A DNA stretch of 64,000 nt from an uncultured Gemmatimonadales bacterium (GCA_963783385.1 CAWANJ010000001.1:256001-320000), one strand, 5' to 3'; counted from the stretch's first letter, positions 42,589 through 53,223 are shown. The notes: generated by a model not told the origin, from the sequence alone. Program-made: numbers and translations.

Positions 42589-44852
42589 GCCGCCACCTCC
42601 TCCCTGCCCGGCCAGCCCGGATGGTTCCGGCGCCGCAGGATGCGCACGACGCCGACCGCCACGAACAGCAGCGGGATCCCGACCAGGTCGCCCCACTTGA
42701 GGAGTCCCCGCGTCACGGAGGACTGGAACACCAGCTCGGGCGGCGTCCGGTCCTTCGAGCGGATCGAGATCAGGGACTCGTCCTGGGTGAGCCAGTCCAC
42801 GGCATTGGCGACGAACACCAGGTTCTGCGGGTTGTTCTGCACGAAGTCCTGCCGGAGGAACCCGGCGTCCCGGACCACCACCAGACGGCCGGGCCCCTTC
42901 CCGGACGCCGTGCCGGCGCCCGGGTCCGCTCCCGTCGGCGGGCCGCCGTCCACCACGGCCGCGACGACCTGGACCCCCTGGCTCCCGGGCGCGGGACGGA
43001 TGTCCTCCTGCGGCGCCACCGACCCGCCCACCGGCTCGATTCCCCCGGACGCCGTCGTCTGGAGGAGGGGCGAGGCCCGCGTCGTGTCCTGGATCTGCAG
43101 GGCTCCGGGCCATGCCAGGCTCAGACCCTGGAGCTGGCGGGTGATGAGGCTTTTCCCGGCCGGTCCCACCACGGGCCAGAACGGGTAGTTCTTCACGACC
43201 GAGAAGACGCCCTGCTGTCCCAGGTTCACGCGCTCGTTGGAGCGCAGGTCGTACACCACGCCCTCGAGCAGCTTGACCCCGCGCCCGGCCAGGTAGGGGC
43301 CCAGCCCCGTGCTGACGGGCTGTGTGATCGGCATGCGCGGCGACAGCCGGTTGGAGGGCAGGAGGAGGAGCCCGGATCCGCCGGCGTCCAGATAGGCTTC
43401 CAGCGCGTGCAGGGCGGAATCGCCCAGGGTCTCCGTCGGCCCGGCGAGGATGACGGCCGAGAGGGAGTCGGGCGACAGGACCGGCGCCGCCGCCGAGTCC
43501 GTGCCCAACGCCACCGTGTTCACGTCGTACGGCTTGGAGAGCTCCTGCTCGAGCGGCGCCGAACGAGCCTCGGGCCCGCGGGCGCCGAAGCCGGTGAGGA
43601 AGGCCACGCGGGGCCTGGACTTTCGAGTCAGCGACGCGATGGCCGAGGTCAGGTGGTACTCCAGGTCCGCCGTGCTCTGGATCACCGGGATGGTCTGGTG
43701 CTGTCCGGCGTACATCACCGCCAGCCCCAACCAGCCGCGCTTGACCTGGAACTCGTCGTTGCGGACCACGTTGAACTGGATCGGCCGCACCCCGAGCGAC
43801 TGGGCCTGATCCGCCTCGGGTCCCTTGTCGCCCGGGTGCACCACCTGCACGTGGACGTGGCCGTTCGAGGCGCTCCGGTAGTCGGCCAGCAGGTCCTGGA
43901 CGTCCCGGCGGGTCAGGTCCACCTCGGACGGAAGGGAGCTGGACACGAAGAACTTGATCGTGACCACGTCGTCGAGGCCGCCCAGGATCGAGCGCGTGCC
44001 CGTCGAGAGGGTGAACAGGTGGTCGCGGGTGAGGTCCACGCGGCCGTGGATGTGGCCGCCCAGCAGGTTGAGCGCCACGACGCCCACCACCAGCGCCGCC
44101 GTCCCGGTGCGTAGCCGGCGGAAGGCGCCGCGACCCCGGCTCAGCCGTTCCCGGGCCACCGCCCAGTAGGCCAGCGCCAGGAACACGCCCGCCGCCGTCA
44201 CGAAGTAGAGCACGTCGCGCAGGTCGATCACACCCCGCGTCACCGCCTCGAAGTGCGTGAGGACGGAGAGGTCGCCCACCGCGCTGGCGAGCGGCCCGGG
44301 GAGGCCGATCTGCGTGAAGCGGAGCCCGGCCAGGATGAGCGCGAAGTCGACCATGGCGCCCACGATGAACGCGGTGATCTGGTTCGAGGTGATGCTGGAG
44401 GCGAACAGGCCGATCCCCACCAGCTCGGCGGCCAGCAGCGCGACCCCGACGTACTGACCCACCACGATGCCGGGATCGGCGCTGGAGGCGGCCAGGATCC
44501 CCACGGCCGTGGGCAGCGTGCCGGCCAGGGCCACGAGAACGAACAGCCAGTCCCCCAGGAACTTCCCGACCACCAGCTCCACCTCGCTCATCGGCTGGGC
44601 CAGGAGCCAGCCCAGCGTGCCGCTGCGACGCTCCTCGGCCAGCGAGCGCATGGTGATGGCCGGGACGAACACGGCCAGGAGCCACGGCAGGAGGTCGAAC
44701 AGGGGGCGCAGCGTCGCCGCCCCGGACGTGAAGATGGAGCGGAAGGAGAGGAACAGGGCCAGGACCAGGAAGGCGACGACCAGGATGTAGGCGGTCGGAT
44801 GGTCGAAATAGCTCCGGAACTCGCGCCGGGCCACGCGCCACGTCTGCCTCAT
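42585..44852 (-). CDS. Fused ABC-2 permease (GldF-like) + GldG-like periplasmic domain
   Basis: TMRSLAEERRSGT, GKFLG, SITSNQI, then DLTRDHLFTLS, YLDAGG, NAVDWL and a C-terminal TM. Confidence 0.88.
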   Translation of the reverse strand: MRQTWRVARREFRSYFDHPTAYILVVAFLVLALFLSFRSIFTSGAATLRPLFDLLPWLLAVFVPAITMRSLAEERRSGTLGWLLAQPMSEVELVVGKFLGDWLFVLVALAGTLPTAVGILAASSADPGIVVGQYVGVALLAAELVGIGLFASSITSNQITAFIVGAMVDFALILAGLRFTQIGLPGPLASAVGDLSVLTHFEAVTRGVIDLRDVLYFVTAAGVFLALAYWAVARERLSRGRGAFRRLRTGTAALVVGVVALNLLGGHIHGRVDLTRDHLFTLSTGTRSILGGLDDVVTIKFFVSSSLPSEVDLTRRDVQDLLADYRSASNGHVHVQVVHPGDKGPEADQAQSLGVRPIQFNVVRNDEFQVKRGWLGLAVMYAGQHQTIPVIQSTADLEYHLTSAIASLTRKSRPRVAFLTGFGARGPEARSAPLEQELSKPYDVNTVALGTDSAAAPVLSPDSLSAVILAGPTETLGDSALHALEAYLDAGGSGLLLLPSNRLSPRMPITQPVSTGLGPYLAGRGVKLLEGVVYDLRSNERVNLGQQGVFSVVKNYPFWPVVGPAGKSLITRQLQGLSLAWPGALQIQDTTRASPLLQTTASGGIEPVGGSVAPQEDIRPAPGSQGVQVVAAVVDGGPPTGADPGAGTASGKGPGRLVVVRDAGFLRQDFVQNNPQNLVFVANAVDWLTQDESLISIRSKDRTPPELVFQSSVTRGLLKWGDLVGIPLLFVAVGVVRILRRRNHPGWPGREEVAA

Positions 44853-45793
44853 GACGCCACCTCCTCGGCGCCGGCCTCATCGGTGAGCTGCTGGAAGAGT
44901 TGCTCCAGCGAAGCGCGCTCCCGGTGGAGCTCCCACAGCGTCCAGCCTTTCTCGGCGGCGAGCCGGGAGATGGCGGGCCGCAGCTCCTCGCGATTCGCGG
45001 CCACCAGCTCGACGCGGTCGCGACCGTCCACCCGGTCCGCGCGGGTCGACGCGACGCCCGGCATCGTGCCGAGCACGCCGGGGACGTCGTCGCCCTCGGC
45101 CTCCACCACGTAGCGCGGGGCGGAGCGCCCCGTCTCCAGGAGCTCCGCCACGCTGCCGTCCGCCACCAGGCGACCGTTGTGGACGATGAGCAACCGGCTG
45201 CAGGTGGCCTCCACCTCGCCGAGCACGTGCGTGCTGAGCAGGACGGTCCGGTCGCGCCCCAGGGCGCTCACCAGGTGGCGGATGCCGACCCGCTGGTTGG
45301 GGTCCAGCCCCTCGGTGGGTTCGTCCAGGACCAGGATCTCTGGACAATGGAGGATGGCGGCGGCCAGGCCGACCCGCTGCCGGTAGCCCTTGGAGAGCTG
45401 CGAGATCGGGCGTCCGTACACGTTCTCGATGCCCGTCTCCTCGACCGCGTCGGACAGGGCCGAGCGGCGGGCCGCGCCCTCCAGGCCCCGTAGCGTGGCC
45501 GCGTACTCGAGGTACTCCGCCACGAGCATCTCCTGGTACAGCGCGTTGGTCTCGGGCAGGTAGCCCACGCGGGCCTTGGCGGCCTTGAGGTCTTCGCCGA
45601 TCGGACGTCCGTCGTAGCGGACCTCGCCCGCGTCGGGCTGCAGGGTCCCGGTCAGCATGCGCATCGTGGTGGTCTTACCGGCTCCGTTCGGCCCCAGGAA
45701 GCCCACCACCTCCCCCCGGCCGATTTCGAAGCTGATGCCATCGACCGCCACGACGGGGCCGTAGCGCTTCGAGACTCCCTCCACCGATATCAT
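44849..45793 (-). CDS. ABC transporter ATP-binding protein (GldA-like)
   Basis: GPNGAGKTT, LSKGYRQR, LDEPT, STH. Confidence 0.95.
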   Translation of the reverse strand: MISVEGVSKRYGPVVAVDGISFEIGRGEVVGFLGPNGAGKTTTMRMLTGTLQPDAGEVRYDGRPIGEDLKAAKARVGYLPETNALYQEMLVAEYLEYAATLRGLEGAARRSALSDAVEETGIENVYGRPISQLSKGYRQRVGLAAAILHCPEILVLDEPTEGLDPNQRVGIRHLVSALGRDRTVLLSTHVLGEVEATCSRLLIVHNGRLVADGSVAELLETGRSAPRYVVEAEGDDVPGVLGTMPGVASTRADRVDGRDRVELVAANREELRPAISRLAAEKGWTLWELHRERASLEQLFQQLTDEAGAEEVAS

Positions 45794-46066
45794 CCGTCGT
45801 CCTCCACCGTTTCTCCGGGCTCGACTCGTCCTGCACGCGCGCCGCCCCGGGCCACCCGTGCCCGCCCGGAGCGGACTCGTCCATCACGATGAACGAAGCG
45901 GGCGAAAGGTTGCCTGGACTCACCCCGGTCGCGCAACGCCCCCCCCGCCCCGCTCCGCCGGGGCGACCGCGGCCCGTTCGTCTGGCGCCTTCCCGGCCGG
46001 GCCCGTAGGCTTCGGCTTCGGCCCCGTCGGCACCCCGCACGCCACACGCCCGAGCCGGAGGTTTGG

Positions 46067-47029
46067 ATGCCCGCCGGACCGACTCCCGCCCCGATCCGTC
46101 ACGCCGCCCTGTTCGGCGCCACGGGCTCTTTGGGCCGCCACCTGGCCCGCGAGCTCCTCCGGCGCGGAGCGCGGGTGCGCGCCGTCTCCCGGACGCGGGA
46201 GAAGCTGGAGAGGGACTTCGCCGGACTCGACGTCGACCTCCATCCGGCCGACCTGTCCCAGCCGGCCGCGGCCGTCCGGGTGGCGGGTGGCTGCGACGTC
46301 GTCTTCCACACGGTCGGCCTGCCGCTGTCGGCCTACGAAGAGCACGTGCGCCTGGCCCGAAGCACGGCCGAGGCGATGCGCGTGACCGGCGCGCGGGGGG
46401 TGGCGGCCTCGAGCTACTGGAGCTTCGGGCCCGGCGGCTCCACCTCGCTGCGCGAGGACGACCCGCCGGTGCCCGGGTGCCGGGTATGCGAGATCCGCCG
46501 GCGCATGGAGGATGTCCTCCTCGGGGCGGGCGCGGCCGTGGCGATCCTGCCCGACTTCTACGGGCCCATGGCCAGCCTCAGCCTCCTCAACGACGCCCTC
46601 GATGCCCTGCGGCGGGGCAAGGCGGTGCGATGGCCGGGGGACCCCGACGCGCCCCGGGAGTTCATCTTCCTGCCGGACGCGGCCCGTCACCTGTGCGGTC
46701 TGGCGGAGCGCAGGGAGGCCGAGGGCCGCCGCTGGAACGTGCCGGGGAGCGGGGCGCGCCCGCCCCGCGCTCTTCTGGAAGACGCCGCCGAGACGCTGGG
46801 GGCGAGCGCGAGGGTGACGGCCCTGCACGGCTGGCTGGTGGCCGTGGCCGGCCTGGTGCGCCGCGACGCGCGGGAGTTCCGGGAGATCCTCCCCCTGTAC
46901 GACGCGCCCATCGGCCTCGACAGCTCCCGCCTGCGGGAGCTCCTGGGCGCGATCGAGACGACGCCGTACGCCGAAGGGATCCGGACCACCCTCGAGTGGC
47001 TGGGGGAGAGAGCGGCCGAGCGGGACTAG
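46067..47029 (+). CDS. NAD-dependent epimerase/dehydratase (atypical SDR)
   Basis: GATGSLG Rossmann motif, LPDFYGP; GGAGG RBS. Confidence 0.85.
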   Translation: MPAGPTPAPIRHAALFGATGSLGRHLARELLRRGARVRAVSRTREKLERDFAGLDVDLHPADLSQPAAAVRVAGGCDVVFHTVGLPLSAYEEHVRLARSTAEAMRVTGARGVAASSYWSFGPGGSTSLREDDPPVPGCRVCEIRRRMEDVLLGAGAAVAILPDFYGPMASLSLLNDALDALRRGKAVRWPGDPDAPREFIFLPDAARHLCGLAERREAEGRRWNVPGSGARPPRALLEDAAETLGASARVTALHGWLVAVAGLVRRDAREFREILPLYDAPIGLDSSRLRELLGAIETTPYAEGIRTTLEWLGERAAERD

Positions 47030-47068
47030 AGGCGCGCGACCGGGAGGGGTCCGGGCGCCGGAGGCCTC

Positions 47069-47641
47069 CTACTCCGGCGACGATCCTCGCGCGGTGTCTT
47101 CGGCGGCGGCCGGCGATGCGAGGCGCTCGAGCGCCCGCGTGTCCCACACGGCCCAGGTCTCGGCGATCCGCCCGTTCGCGACGCGGTGGATGGCCGCCAC
47201 CCGGATCCCCTGGCCGGTGGGTGCCGTGTCTCCCCGGGCGAGGGGGCTGCCGCCCCGCTCGAAGGTCCCGAAGGACGCCACCTGGTCGCCGCTGGAGAGG
47301 AGCTGCGTCACCGTGATGCGGCCCGGTGGCCAGGCGACCGTGTGCGAGGCCACGCCGTGCAGAAAGGCCTGTCGGCCGCGCACCTCCCCGCCCGGCAGGC
47401 CGGCGGCGTGCAGCACGTAGCCCTCGGTGACCAGGCGATGCAGCACGGCGGTGTCCCGTCCTCCGATCGCCTCCGCGTAGCGCAGCGCCCGCCCCTCCGC
47501 CTCCGCGTTGCGGCCGCCCTGCCCTCCCGCGCAGCCCCCGAGCAGGGCGAGGAGCGCGGCCGGGAGGAGGAGGTCGAACCCCGGCCGGATCCGGCGAGCG
47601 GCCGCCCGCGCGGACGGGCTCCTCCCCCCCGCACCGCTCAC
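47069..47641 (-). CDS. SnoaL/NTF2-like ester cyclase family lipoprotein
   Basis: Lipobox LGGC; GDQVA...[13 protein letters not shown]. Confidence 0.75.
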   Translation of the reverse strand: MSGAGGRSPSARAAARRIRPGFDLLLPAALLALLGGCAGGQGGRNAEAEGRALRYAEAIGGRDTAVLHRLVTEGYVLHAAGLPGGEVRGRQAFLHGVASHTVAWPPGRITVTQLLSSGDQVASFGTFERGGSPLARGDTAPTGQGIRVAAIHRVANGRIAETWAVWDTRALERLASPAAAEDTARGSSPE

Positions 47642-48312
47642 CGCCACGTGAGGATCTCCGCCAGCGGCTTCTTGTCGATGTCCGGCACGCGCGCGTCGTC
47701 GGCCGGATGACCGGTCACCAGGAGGAGAAAGGGCCGCTCGTTGGAAGGACGGTCCAGGAGGTCGTTCAGAAAGCCCATGGGGCTCGGCGTGTGGGTCAGC
47801 GACACGAGGCCGGCCTGGTGGAGCGCCGTGATCAGGATCCCCGTGGCGATGCCGACCGACTCCTGGACGTAGTAGTTCTTGACCTTCTCGCCTCCCGGAC
47901 CCACTTCGTAGCTCTCGGCGAAGATGGCGATGAGCCACGGCGCTTCCTCCAGGAAGGGCTTGTGCTCGTCCGTGCCGAGGGCGGCGAGCGCCTCGAGCCA
48001 GTCGCTCGGCGCCCGCCCGGCATAGAAGGCCCGCTCCTCCTCCTCGGCCGCTTCCCGGATCCGCCGCTTGAGGGCCCGGTCCTGGACCGCCACGAAGTGC
48101 CAGGGCTGGCGGTTGGCGCCGTTCGGCGCCCGGGCCGCCGCCGCGATGCAGTCCTCGATCAGCCCGCGCGGCACGGGCTTCTCCGAGAACTCCCGGACGG
48201 TACGGCGGCGCTCCATGTCCCGCCGGAACTCCGCGGTCCGCCGGCACATCTCCGCCGGTGCGATCTCCCGGTAGCCCTCGAGCGGGACGTAGGTCGGCCT
48301 GGTGTCGCTCAC
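47638..48312 (-). CDS. Nitroreductase family, iodotyrosine-deiodinase-like
   Basis: [61 protein letters not shown]. Confidence 0.88.
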   Translation of the reverse strand: MSDTRPTYVPLEGYREIAPAEMCRRTAEFRRDMERRRTVREFSEKPVPRGLIEDCIAAAARAPNGANRQPWHFVAVQDRALKRRIREAAEEEERAFYAGRAPSDWLEALAALGTDEHKPFLEEAPWLIAIFAESYEVGPGGEKVKNYYVQESVGIATGILITALHQAGLVSLTHTPSPMGFLNDLLDRPSNERPFLLLVTGHPADDARVPDIDKKPLAEILTWR

Positions 48313-48427
48313 GTCGTCTCCGTCGTGCGGGGTGTCCGCAGCGAAGGTCGCGGACGCGCCCGCCGCGGGCAACGGAGACGGCGGAGGTCCGGTGGTGCGT
48401 CGGGCGGAGGCCGCGTCCCGACCCGCC

Positions 48428-48808
48428 TCAGATCCGGATTCGGACCTGCAGGCGGGTGGTCGGCCCCGAGGACCGGAAACGCTGCTCCACCGACACGTCC
48501 ACGCTGCGGGCCACGGTGAGACGAGCCCGAACCTCGCCCTCGATCTCCCCCTGCAGCACGTCCTTGCGGCCCGCACCCTCCAGAGTGAGGCTCCCCGTCT
48601 TCGACAGCCGCAGTCCGATCTTCGAGTGCAGGCCGAGCACGAGCCGGTCCCTGGCGCCGTGGTCGAAGGTGAGGGAAGCCTGGGTGGCGTCGCCGATGTC
48701 GATGATCAGCTCGCCCTTCCCCTTCAGCTCCCCTCCGAAGGGCGCCTCCGCCTCCACGTCCAGGCGACGGGCGGGCGCCGTGCTCGGCTCGCGAGTCCCC
48801 TCGGCCAT
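48428..48808 (-). CDS. Hypothetical beta-strand-rich protein
   Basis: GGAGGGAGG RBS; 126 aa with alternating hydrophobic pattern. Confidence 0.7.
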   Translation of the reverse strand: MAEGTREPSTAPARRLDVEAEAPFGGELKGKGELIIDIGDATQASLTFDHGARDRLVLGLHSKIGLRLSKTGSLTLEGAGRKDVLQGEIEGEVRARLTVARSVDVSVEQRFRSSGPTTRLQVRIRI

Positions 48809-48835
48809 GCCTCCCTCCGCGGTGGAAGTCCGGGC

Positions 48836-49270
48836 TCAGTCCAGCCAGCGGACCGGGTCGCCGAGCCGGATCGATCCACCCTCCAGCACCCGGCCATACA
48901 CCCCGCCCCGCCACTCCGGGCGCAGCGCCTCCTGCAGTCCCCACGCCGCCTCGTCCATCCGGTTGCAGGGCTTTGTCTCGCCACCCACCAGGATCCGGCA
49001 CGCGCCCACCAGGAGCGTCCGGTCGCGGCTGTCCCGCAGCTCGATCCCCCGGACGAGGAGGTTGGCGCGGCGCGCCGCCGGGTCCACCTCCCGTCCGAGC
49101 GCGGCCGTGGCGCGCTCCCACGCCTCGACCGAGATCACGGTGACCTGGCGGCGCCCGCCCTGGTTGGCGCTGCCGGCGAGGCCCACGTCGGCCACGAGCT
49201 CGGCGCCCTCGAGCGGGTCCATCGGTCCCCGGCGGGCCCGCTTCCTCCAGATCGCCTCCACCCGCGCCAT
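48836..49270 (-). CDS. MOSC domain protein
   Basis: RQVTVI, RRANLLV, ETKPCNRM, RGGVYGRVLEGG. Confidence 0.88.
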   Translation of the reverse strand: MARVEAIWRKRARRGPMDPLEGAELVADVGLAGSANQGGRRQVTVISVEAWERATAALGREVDPAARRANLLVRGIELRDSRDRTLLVGACRILVGGETKPCNRMDEAAWGLQEALRPEWRGGVYGRVLEGGSIRLGDPVRWLD

Positions 49271-49386
49271 GCCCCTCCCCTTCACGTTCTCGTGCCCGGC
49301 CGGGCGGTGGCGGCGACTCGACGGCCCCCCGGCAGATGCATCCCCGACACGATAGGCCGGCGTGGCCGACCGGGCCACGCGGCCGT

Positions 49387-50175
49387 TCAGCCGTGGGCGG
49401 GGCGTCCCAGGTAGACCGTCGAGTCGTACTCGAAGCGGACGACGCCGTCCCGCCGGTGCCGGTCGAACAGCTCGCGCAGGGCCTCCAGCATGGGGGGACG
49501 CTGCGGGTCTCCCTCGGGCGGGGTGTAGGAGCTGGACAGGAGCCGGCCCCGGAGACCCTCCCAGTCGAAGCGCTGCTCGTGCTCGAAGGTGGCCTCGCGC
49601 CAGCCCGGCTCGCCGAACAGGGCCCGGAGGGCTTCTTCCGACGCGTACAGGCGATGCACGGCGTCGTAGTCGCGGGCCCACCGCTCGAGCAGGGCCTCGT
49701 AGCCGGCCAGGAAGGGCGAGCTGTCCCGTCGCCGGAGGTTCCACACCAGCGCCACCTGCCCGCCGGGCGTCAGGATGCGCGCCAGCTCGCGCCGGGTCGG
49801 CTCGGGCTCGAACCAGTGGAAGGCCTGCCCCGCCGTGGCCAGGTCGACCGAGGCATCCGGGAGTCCGGTGGCCTCGGCCCGTCCGTCCACGCTCCGGAAG
49901 GCGTCGTACGGGGCCAGCTCCCGCTCGCCCGCCAGGCGCATCGCCTGGTTGGGCTCCACGCCGACCACGGCCAGGCCCCGCTCGAGGAACGATCGGGCCA
50001 GGAGGCCCGTCCCCGACCCGAGGTCGGCGACCTTCGATCCGGACCCGAGGCCGGCCTCCAGGAGCACCCAGTCGATGGCCGCCTCGGGATAGTCGGGCCG
50101 GGTGCGCACGTAGTCCTCGACCCGGTCCGAGAAGCGCTCAGTGGGTCGGAGCTCCGATCGATCGGGCTCGCGCAT
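49387..50175 (-). CDS. Class I SAM-dependent methyltransferase
   Basis: RPDYP, ADLGSGTG, VEPN, AGQAFHWF. Confidence 0.9.
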   Translation of the reverse strand: MREPDRSELRPTERFSDRVEDYVRTRPDYPEAAIDWVLLEAGLGSGSKVADLGSGTGLLARSFLERGLAVVGVEPNQAMRLAGERELAPYDAFRSVDGRAEATGLPDASVDLATAGQAFHWFEPEPTRRELARILTPGGQVALVWNLRRRDSSPFLAGYEALLERWARDYDAVHRLYASEEALRALFGEPGWREATFEHEQRFDWEGLRGRLLSSSYTPPEGDPQRPPMLEALRELFDRHRRDGVVRFEYDSTVYLGRPAHG

Positions 50176-50188
50176 TCCGGACCGGTCC

Positions 50189-50593
50189 TCAGCAGGTGGA
50201 GTGGATGAGGGCACCGACCGGGGCCCGGCCGGCGAGCTCGTTGTAACGCCGCACGGCGTCCCCGGTGTCCAGGACCTCCGCCTCCACGCCGGCCTCCTCG
50301 AGGAAGGAGAGCGTGGCGTCCTGCACCCGGAGCCGTCCGAGCCGGCCGCGCGACAGCACGACACGTCGGGCCCCGTGCTCGACGAGCTCGCGCACGTCGG
50401 CCGGCTGGACGCCGGGGTCGTGTCGGGTCCCCGTCTCCGTCCAGTCCCAAACGCGGGAGCCCCCCGGCCACAGCTTGGCGTCCTTGAACGGCTCGTCCCG
50501 GCCCTCGACCTCCACGCGCCCCCAACCGGCCGACCGGATGCGGGGCGAGGCGGGCGCGCCCCGTCCGGCGGAATCCGCCGCCGTGCGATCCAT
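50189..50593 (-). CDS. Mth938-like domain protein (AAMDC-like)
   Basis: WGRVEV, KDAKLWPGGSRVWDW, GTRH, C-terminal IHSTC. Confidence 0.85.
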   Translation of the reverse strand: MDRTAADSAGRGAPASPRIRSAGWGRVEVEGRDEPFKDAKLWPGGSRVWDWTETGTRHDPGVQPADVRELVEHGARRVVLSRGRLGRLRVQDATLSFLEEAGVEAEVLDTGDAVRRYNELAGRAPVGALIHSTC

Positions 50594-50612
50594 CACCGTC
50601 GGAGCCTTCCGT

Positions 50613-51539
50613 TCACGTCCACAGGATCCCCAGTCGATGCACCCCCAGACCCTCCGACTCCAGCCACCGGACGGCGCCGCCGGGCCACGGCTCCGCGGCG
50701 CCGAGCGGCAGCGCCCGGGCGGCGGCCTCCGGGTCGGCCGGACGGAGGAGGAAGGCCACCGGCGCGGACCCGAGCGCTTCCAGCCTGGCCTGCAACCGCC
50801 GCGCCGCCTCCCCCGATCCGGCCGCTCCCCGCGGCTTCGGGTGGCCGGCCGGGGCCGGGGTCCCGGAGCCACCGGGCCGGAGGGGCTCGGCCACGCATAC
50901 CGGCGTCCCCCCGAACCGGAGCAGCCGCGCGCCGAAGGCCGGCGCCTCCCGCTCGAGCGGCGCGGGCCGGCCGTAAGCCCGTTGCAGCCGCGTCGCGGCC
51001 CCGTCGGCGTCGGCGCTCAGTAGGACGATCTGTCCTATTCCGGCGACCCCGGTCGCCTCGATCCCGGCGGTGGGCCGGACGCGCCACGTGCGCGGGGTCC
51101 GGTCCTCGATCAGAAAGGGGAGCGCCGAACCGGGCTCGCCCTCCCCCGGGAAGGCCAGCTCCCAGACCGCGGTGTGGCCCTCCGGGGTCTCCCGGGACCA
51201 GGGCTCGGGCCCCCGGACCGGCACCCCGGCCGCTCGCAGCCGCTCCACCTCCTCCTCGATCGCGTCGGTGCGCACGGCCCAGGCGGCCGGTCCGGCGCCC
51301 GTCCGCAGGGCAGCGTCCCAGATCGGCGAGGCCGTCTCCGGCGCCCGTGTCGCGATCAGCTCCAGGTACGAGCCGTCCGGGAAGCCGACTACGGCCATGT
51401 GGGTGACGCCATTGGCGTGCGCGCCCCCGTACGCGCTGGGGAACCCCGCGGCGCCGAACGCGCGGCGGAGCGCCTCGAGGTCCCGTCCGGCCCAGGTGGC
51501 GTGGTCGAGCTGCAGCCGCTCGCCCGACCCCCCGCTCAC
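50613..51539 (-). CDS. VOC/glyoxalase-like family protein
   Basis: LDHA, YGGAHANGVTH, YLELI, PFLIED. Confidence 0.85.
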   Translation of the reverse strand: MSGGSGERLQLDHATWAGRDLEALRRAFGAAGFPSAYGGAHANGVTHMAVVGFPDGSYLELIATRAPETASPIWDAALRTGAGPAAWAVRTDAIEEEVERLRAAGVPVRGPEPWSRETPEGHTAVWELAFPGEGEPGSALPFLIEDRTPRTWRVRPTAGIEATGVAGIGQIVLLSADADGAATRLQRAYGRPAPLEREAPAFGARLLRFGGTPVCVAEPLRPGGSGTPAPAGHPKPRGAAGSGEAARRLQARLEALGSAPVAFLLRPADPEAAARALPLGAAEPWPGGAVRWLESEGLGVHRLGILWT

Positions 51540-52510
51540 GCGGCCTCCGGCGTCGGGCCGTCGATCGCCGCCGCGTCCGCGAGGATGACGTCGATCTCGG
51601 CCAGGGTGTCCACGTCCAGCCCCAGGTCGGCCGCGGCGGCCGTCCCCTCGATGTGGGACGGCGTCCGGGCGCCGACGATGGCCACGTCCACGTCCGCGTT
51701 GGCCAGCGCCCAGGCGACCGCCAGCTGGGCCACCGTGCAGGACCGGCTCTCGGCCAGCCGGCCGAGCCGGTCCACGACCGCGACGTTCCGACGCAGCGCC
51801 TTCCCCTCGAAGATCGGACTGCGGCTCCGCCAGTCGCCCTCGGGGAGGGTCGCATCCGGTCCGTAGCTGCCGGTCAGGAGACCATGCGCGAGGACGCCGT
51901 ACGCCAGTACCCCGACCCCGTGCGCGCGGCAGTAGGGCAGCACGTGCTCCTCGATCCCGCGGCGCAGCATGCTGTACGGCGGCTGCAGCGTGTCCAGCGG
52001 GCGCACCTCCTCGAACGCCGCCATCTGCCGCTCGTCGAAGTTCGAGACACCGACGTAGCGGACGAGGCCCTCGCGCACGAAGCCGTCCAGGGCCGGGGCG
52101 GACTCGGCGAGGGGCGTGTCCGGGTCCGGCCAGTGGAGCTGGTAGAGGTCGACGTGGTCCGTGCCGAGCCGCTCCAGGCTCTCCTCCAGCCCGCGCCGGA
52201 GCCAGCCGGGGCTCGCGTCGCGGAGCAGCCGATCCCCCTCGCGGCGGAGCCCCCCCTTGGTGGCCAGCACGATCCGGTCACGGGCCCCCGCGATCTCAGG
52301 CCCCAGGGCCTCGGCCAGCAGCGTCTCCGCGGCGCCGAAGCCGTAGGCCTGCGCCGTGTCGAAGAAGTCGATCCCGAGCTCCCGGGCCCGACGCACCGCG
52401 GCGATGGCCTCGTTCCGGTCCAGGCCGCTCCACTCCCCGCCGAACTGCCAGGTGCCGAAGCAGATCCTCGAGACGTGGAGATCGGTGGCTCCCAGATGGG
52501 TGTAGCGCAT
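51536..52510 (-). CDS. Aldo/keto reductase
   Basis: GTWQFG, FDTAQAYG, ATKGG, DLYQLHWP, GVSNF, QPPYS. Confidence 0.95.
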   Translation of the reverse strand: MRYTHLGATDLHVSRICFGTWQFGGEWSGLDRNEAIAAVRRARELGIDFFDTAQAYGFGAAETLLAEALGPEIAGARDRIVLATKGGLRREGDRLLRDASPGWLRRGLEESLERLGTDHVDLYQLHWPDPDTPLAESAPALDGFVREGLVRYVGVSNFDERQMAAFEEVRPLDTLQPPYSMLRRGIEEHVLPYCRAHGVGVLAYGVLAHGLLTGSYGPDATLPEGDWRSRSPIFEGKALRRNVAVVDRLGRLAESRSCTVAQLAVAWALANADVDVAIVGARTPSHIEGTAAAADLGLDVDTLAEIDVILADAAAIDGPTPEAA

Positions 52511-52534
52511 GGGGTCTCCCGGCGGCGGCTCCGC

Positions 52535-53125
52535 TCAGCTCCCTCCAGGGCGCGCCCGGAACAGCCGCAGGGTGCCCCGGGCACGGCGGCCGGCCCGTTC
52601 GATCGTGAAGCCGGCCTCCCGCACGATGCGCTCGGTGGGGCGGTTGGGGTGACAGCCGCCGGTCAGCCGGGTCCACGCCGGCTGCACGAGATCCTGGAGC
52701 CGACCCCGGAGGCGGCCCTCGTGGCGGACGTGCTCCAGCATGCGGAGCTCGCCGCCCGCGGCGAGGACGCGCTTCACCTCGGCCAGTCCCCGGCGCGGGT
52801 CGGGCACGCTGCAGAAGGCCAGGCTGCTCACGACCGCCTCGAACGAGCCGTCGGCGAAAGGAAGCGCTTCGGCGGAGGCGGCGACGAGGGGCACCGAGGG
52901 CGCGCGCTCCCGTGCCCGGCGAAGCACCACCGGATCGGGGTCCAGGGCCACGAGGCGGACCCCCCGGCCGTAGCAGGTCAGGTTGTGGCCGGTGCCGCAG
53001 CCGACCTCGAGGACGCACCCTTGCAGCCCGCCAGTCAGGACCGCCCGCCACCCGGACACGCCGAAACGCTCGGGCAGCCACATGAGCGCGTCGTACAGCC
53101 AGGGGATGTGCTCGATTCCTCGCAC
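52535..53125 (-). CDS. Class I SAM-dependent methyltransferase (PmtA-like)
   Basis: LEVGCGTG, AEALPF, FCSVPDP, LEHVR, GGCHPNR. Confidence 0.88.
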   Translation of the reverse strand: MRGIEHIPWLYDALMWLPERFGVSGWRAVLTGGLQGCVLEVGCGTGHNLTCYGRGVRLVALDPDPVVLRRARERAPSVPLVAASAEALPFADGSFEAVVSSLAFCSVPDPRRGLAEVKRVLAAGGELRMLEHVRHEGRLRGRLQDLVQPAWTRLTGGCHPNRPTERIVREAGFTIERAGRRARGTLRLFRARPGGS

Positions 53126-53223
53126 GCGATCACCAACGACCGGACGGGAACGCGGATCGTCGCACCCGGCCGCCTCGTCGGAGCGTCGACCGGGCACGGC
53201 GACCGCGTTCGGACGAGCGTTGC

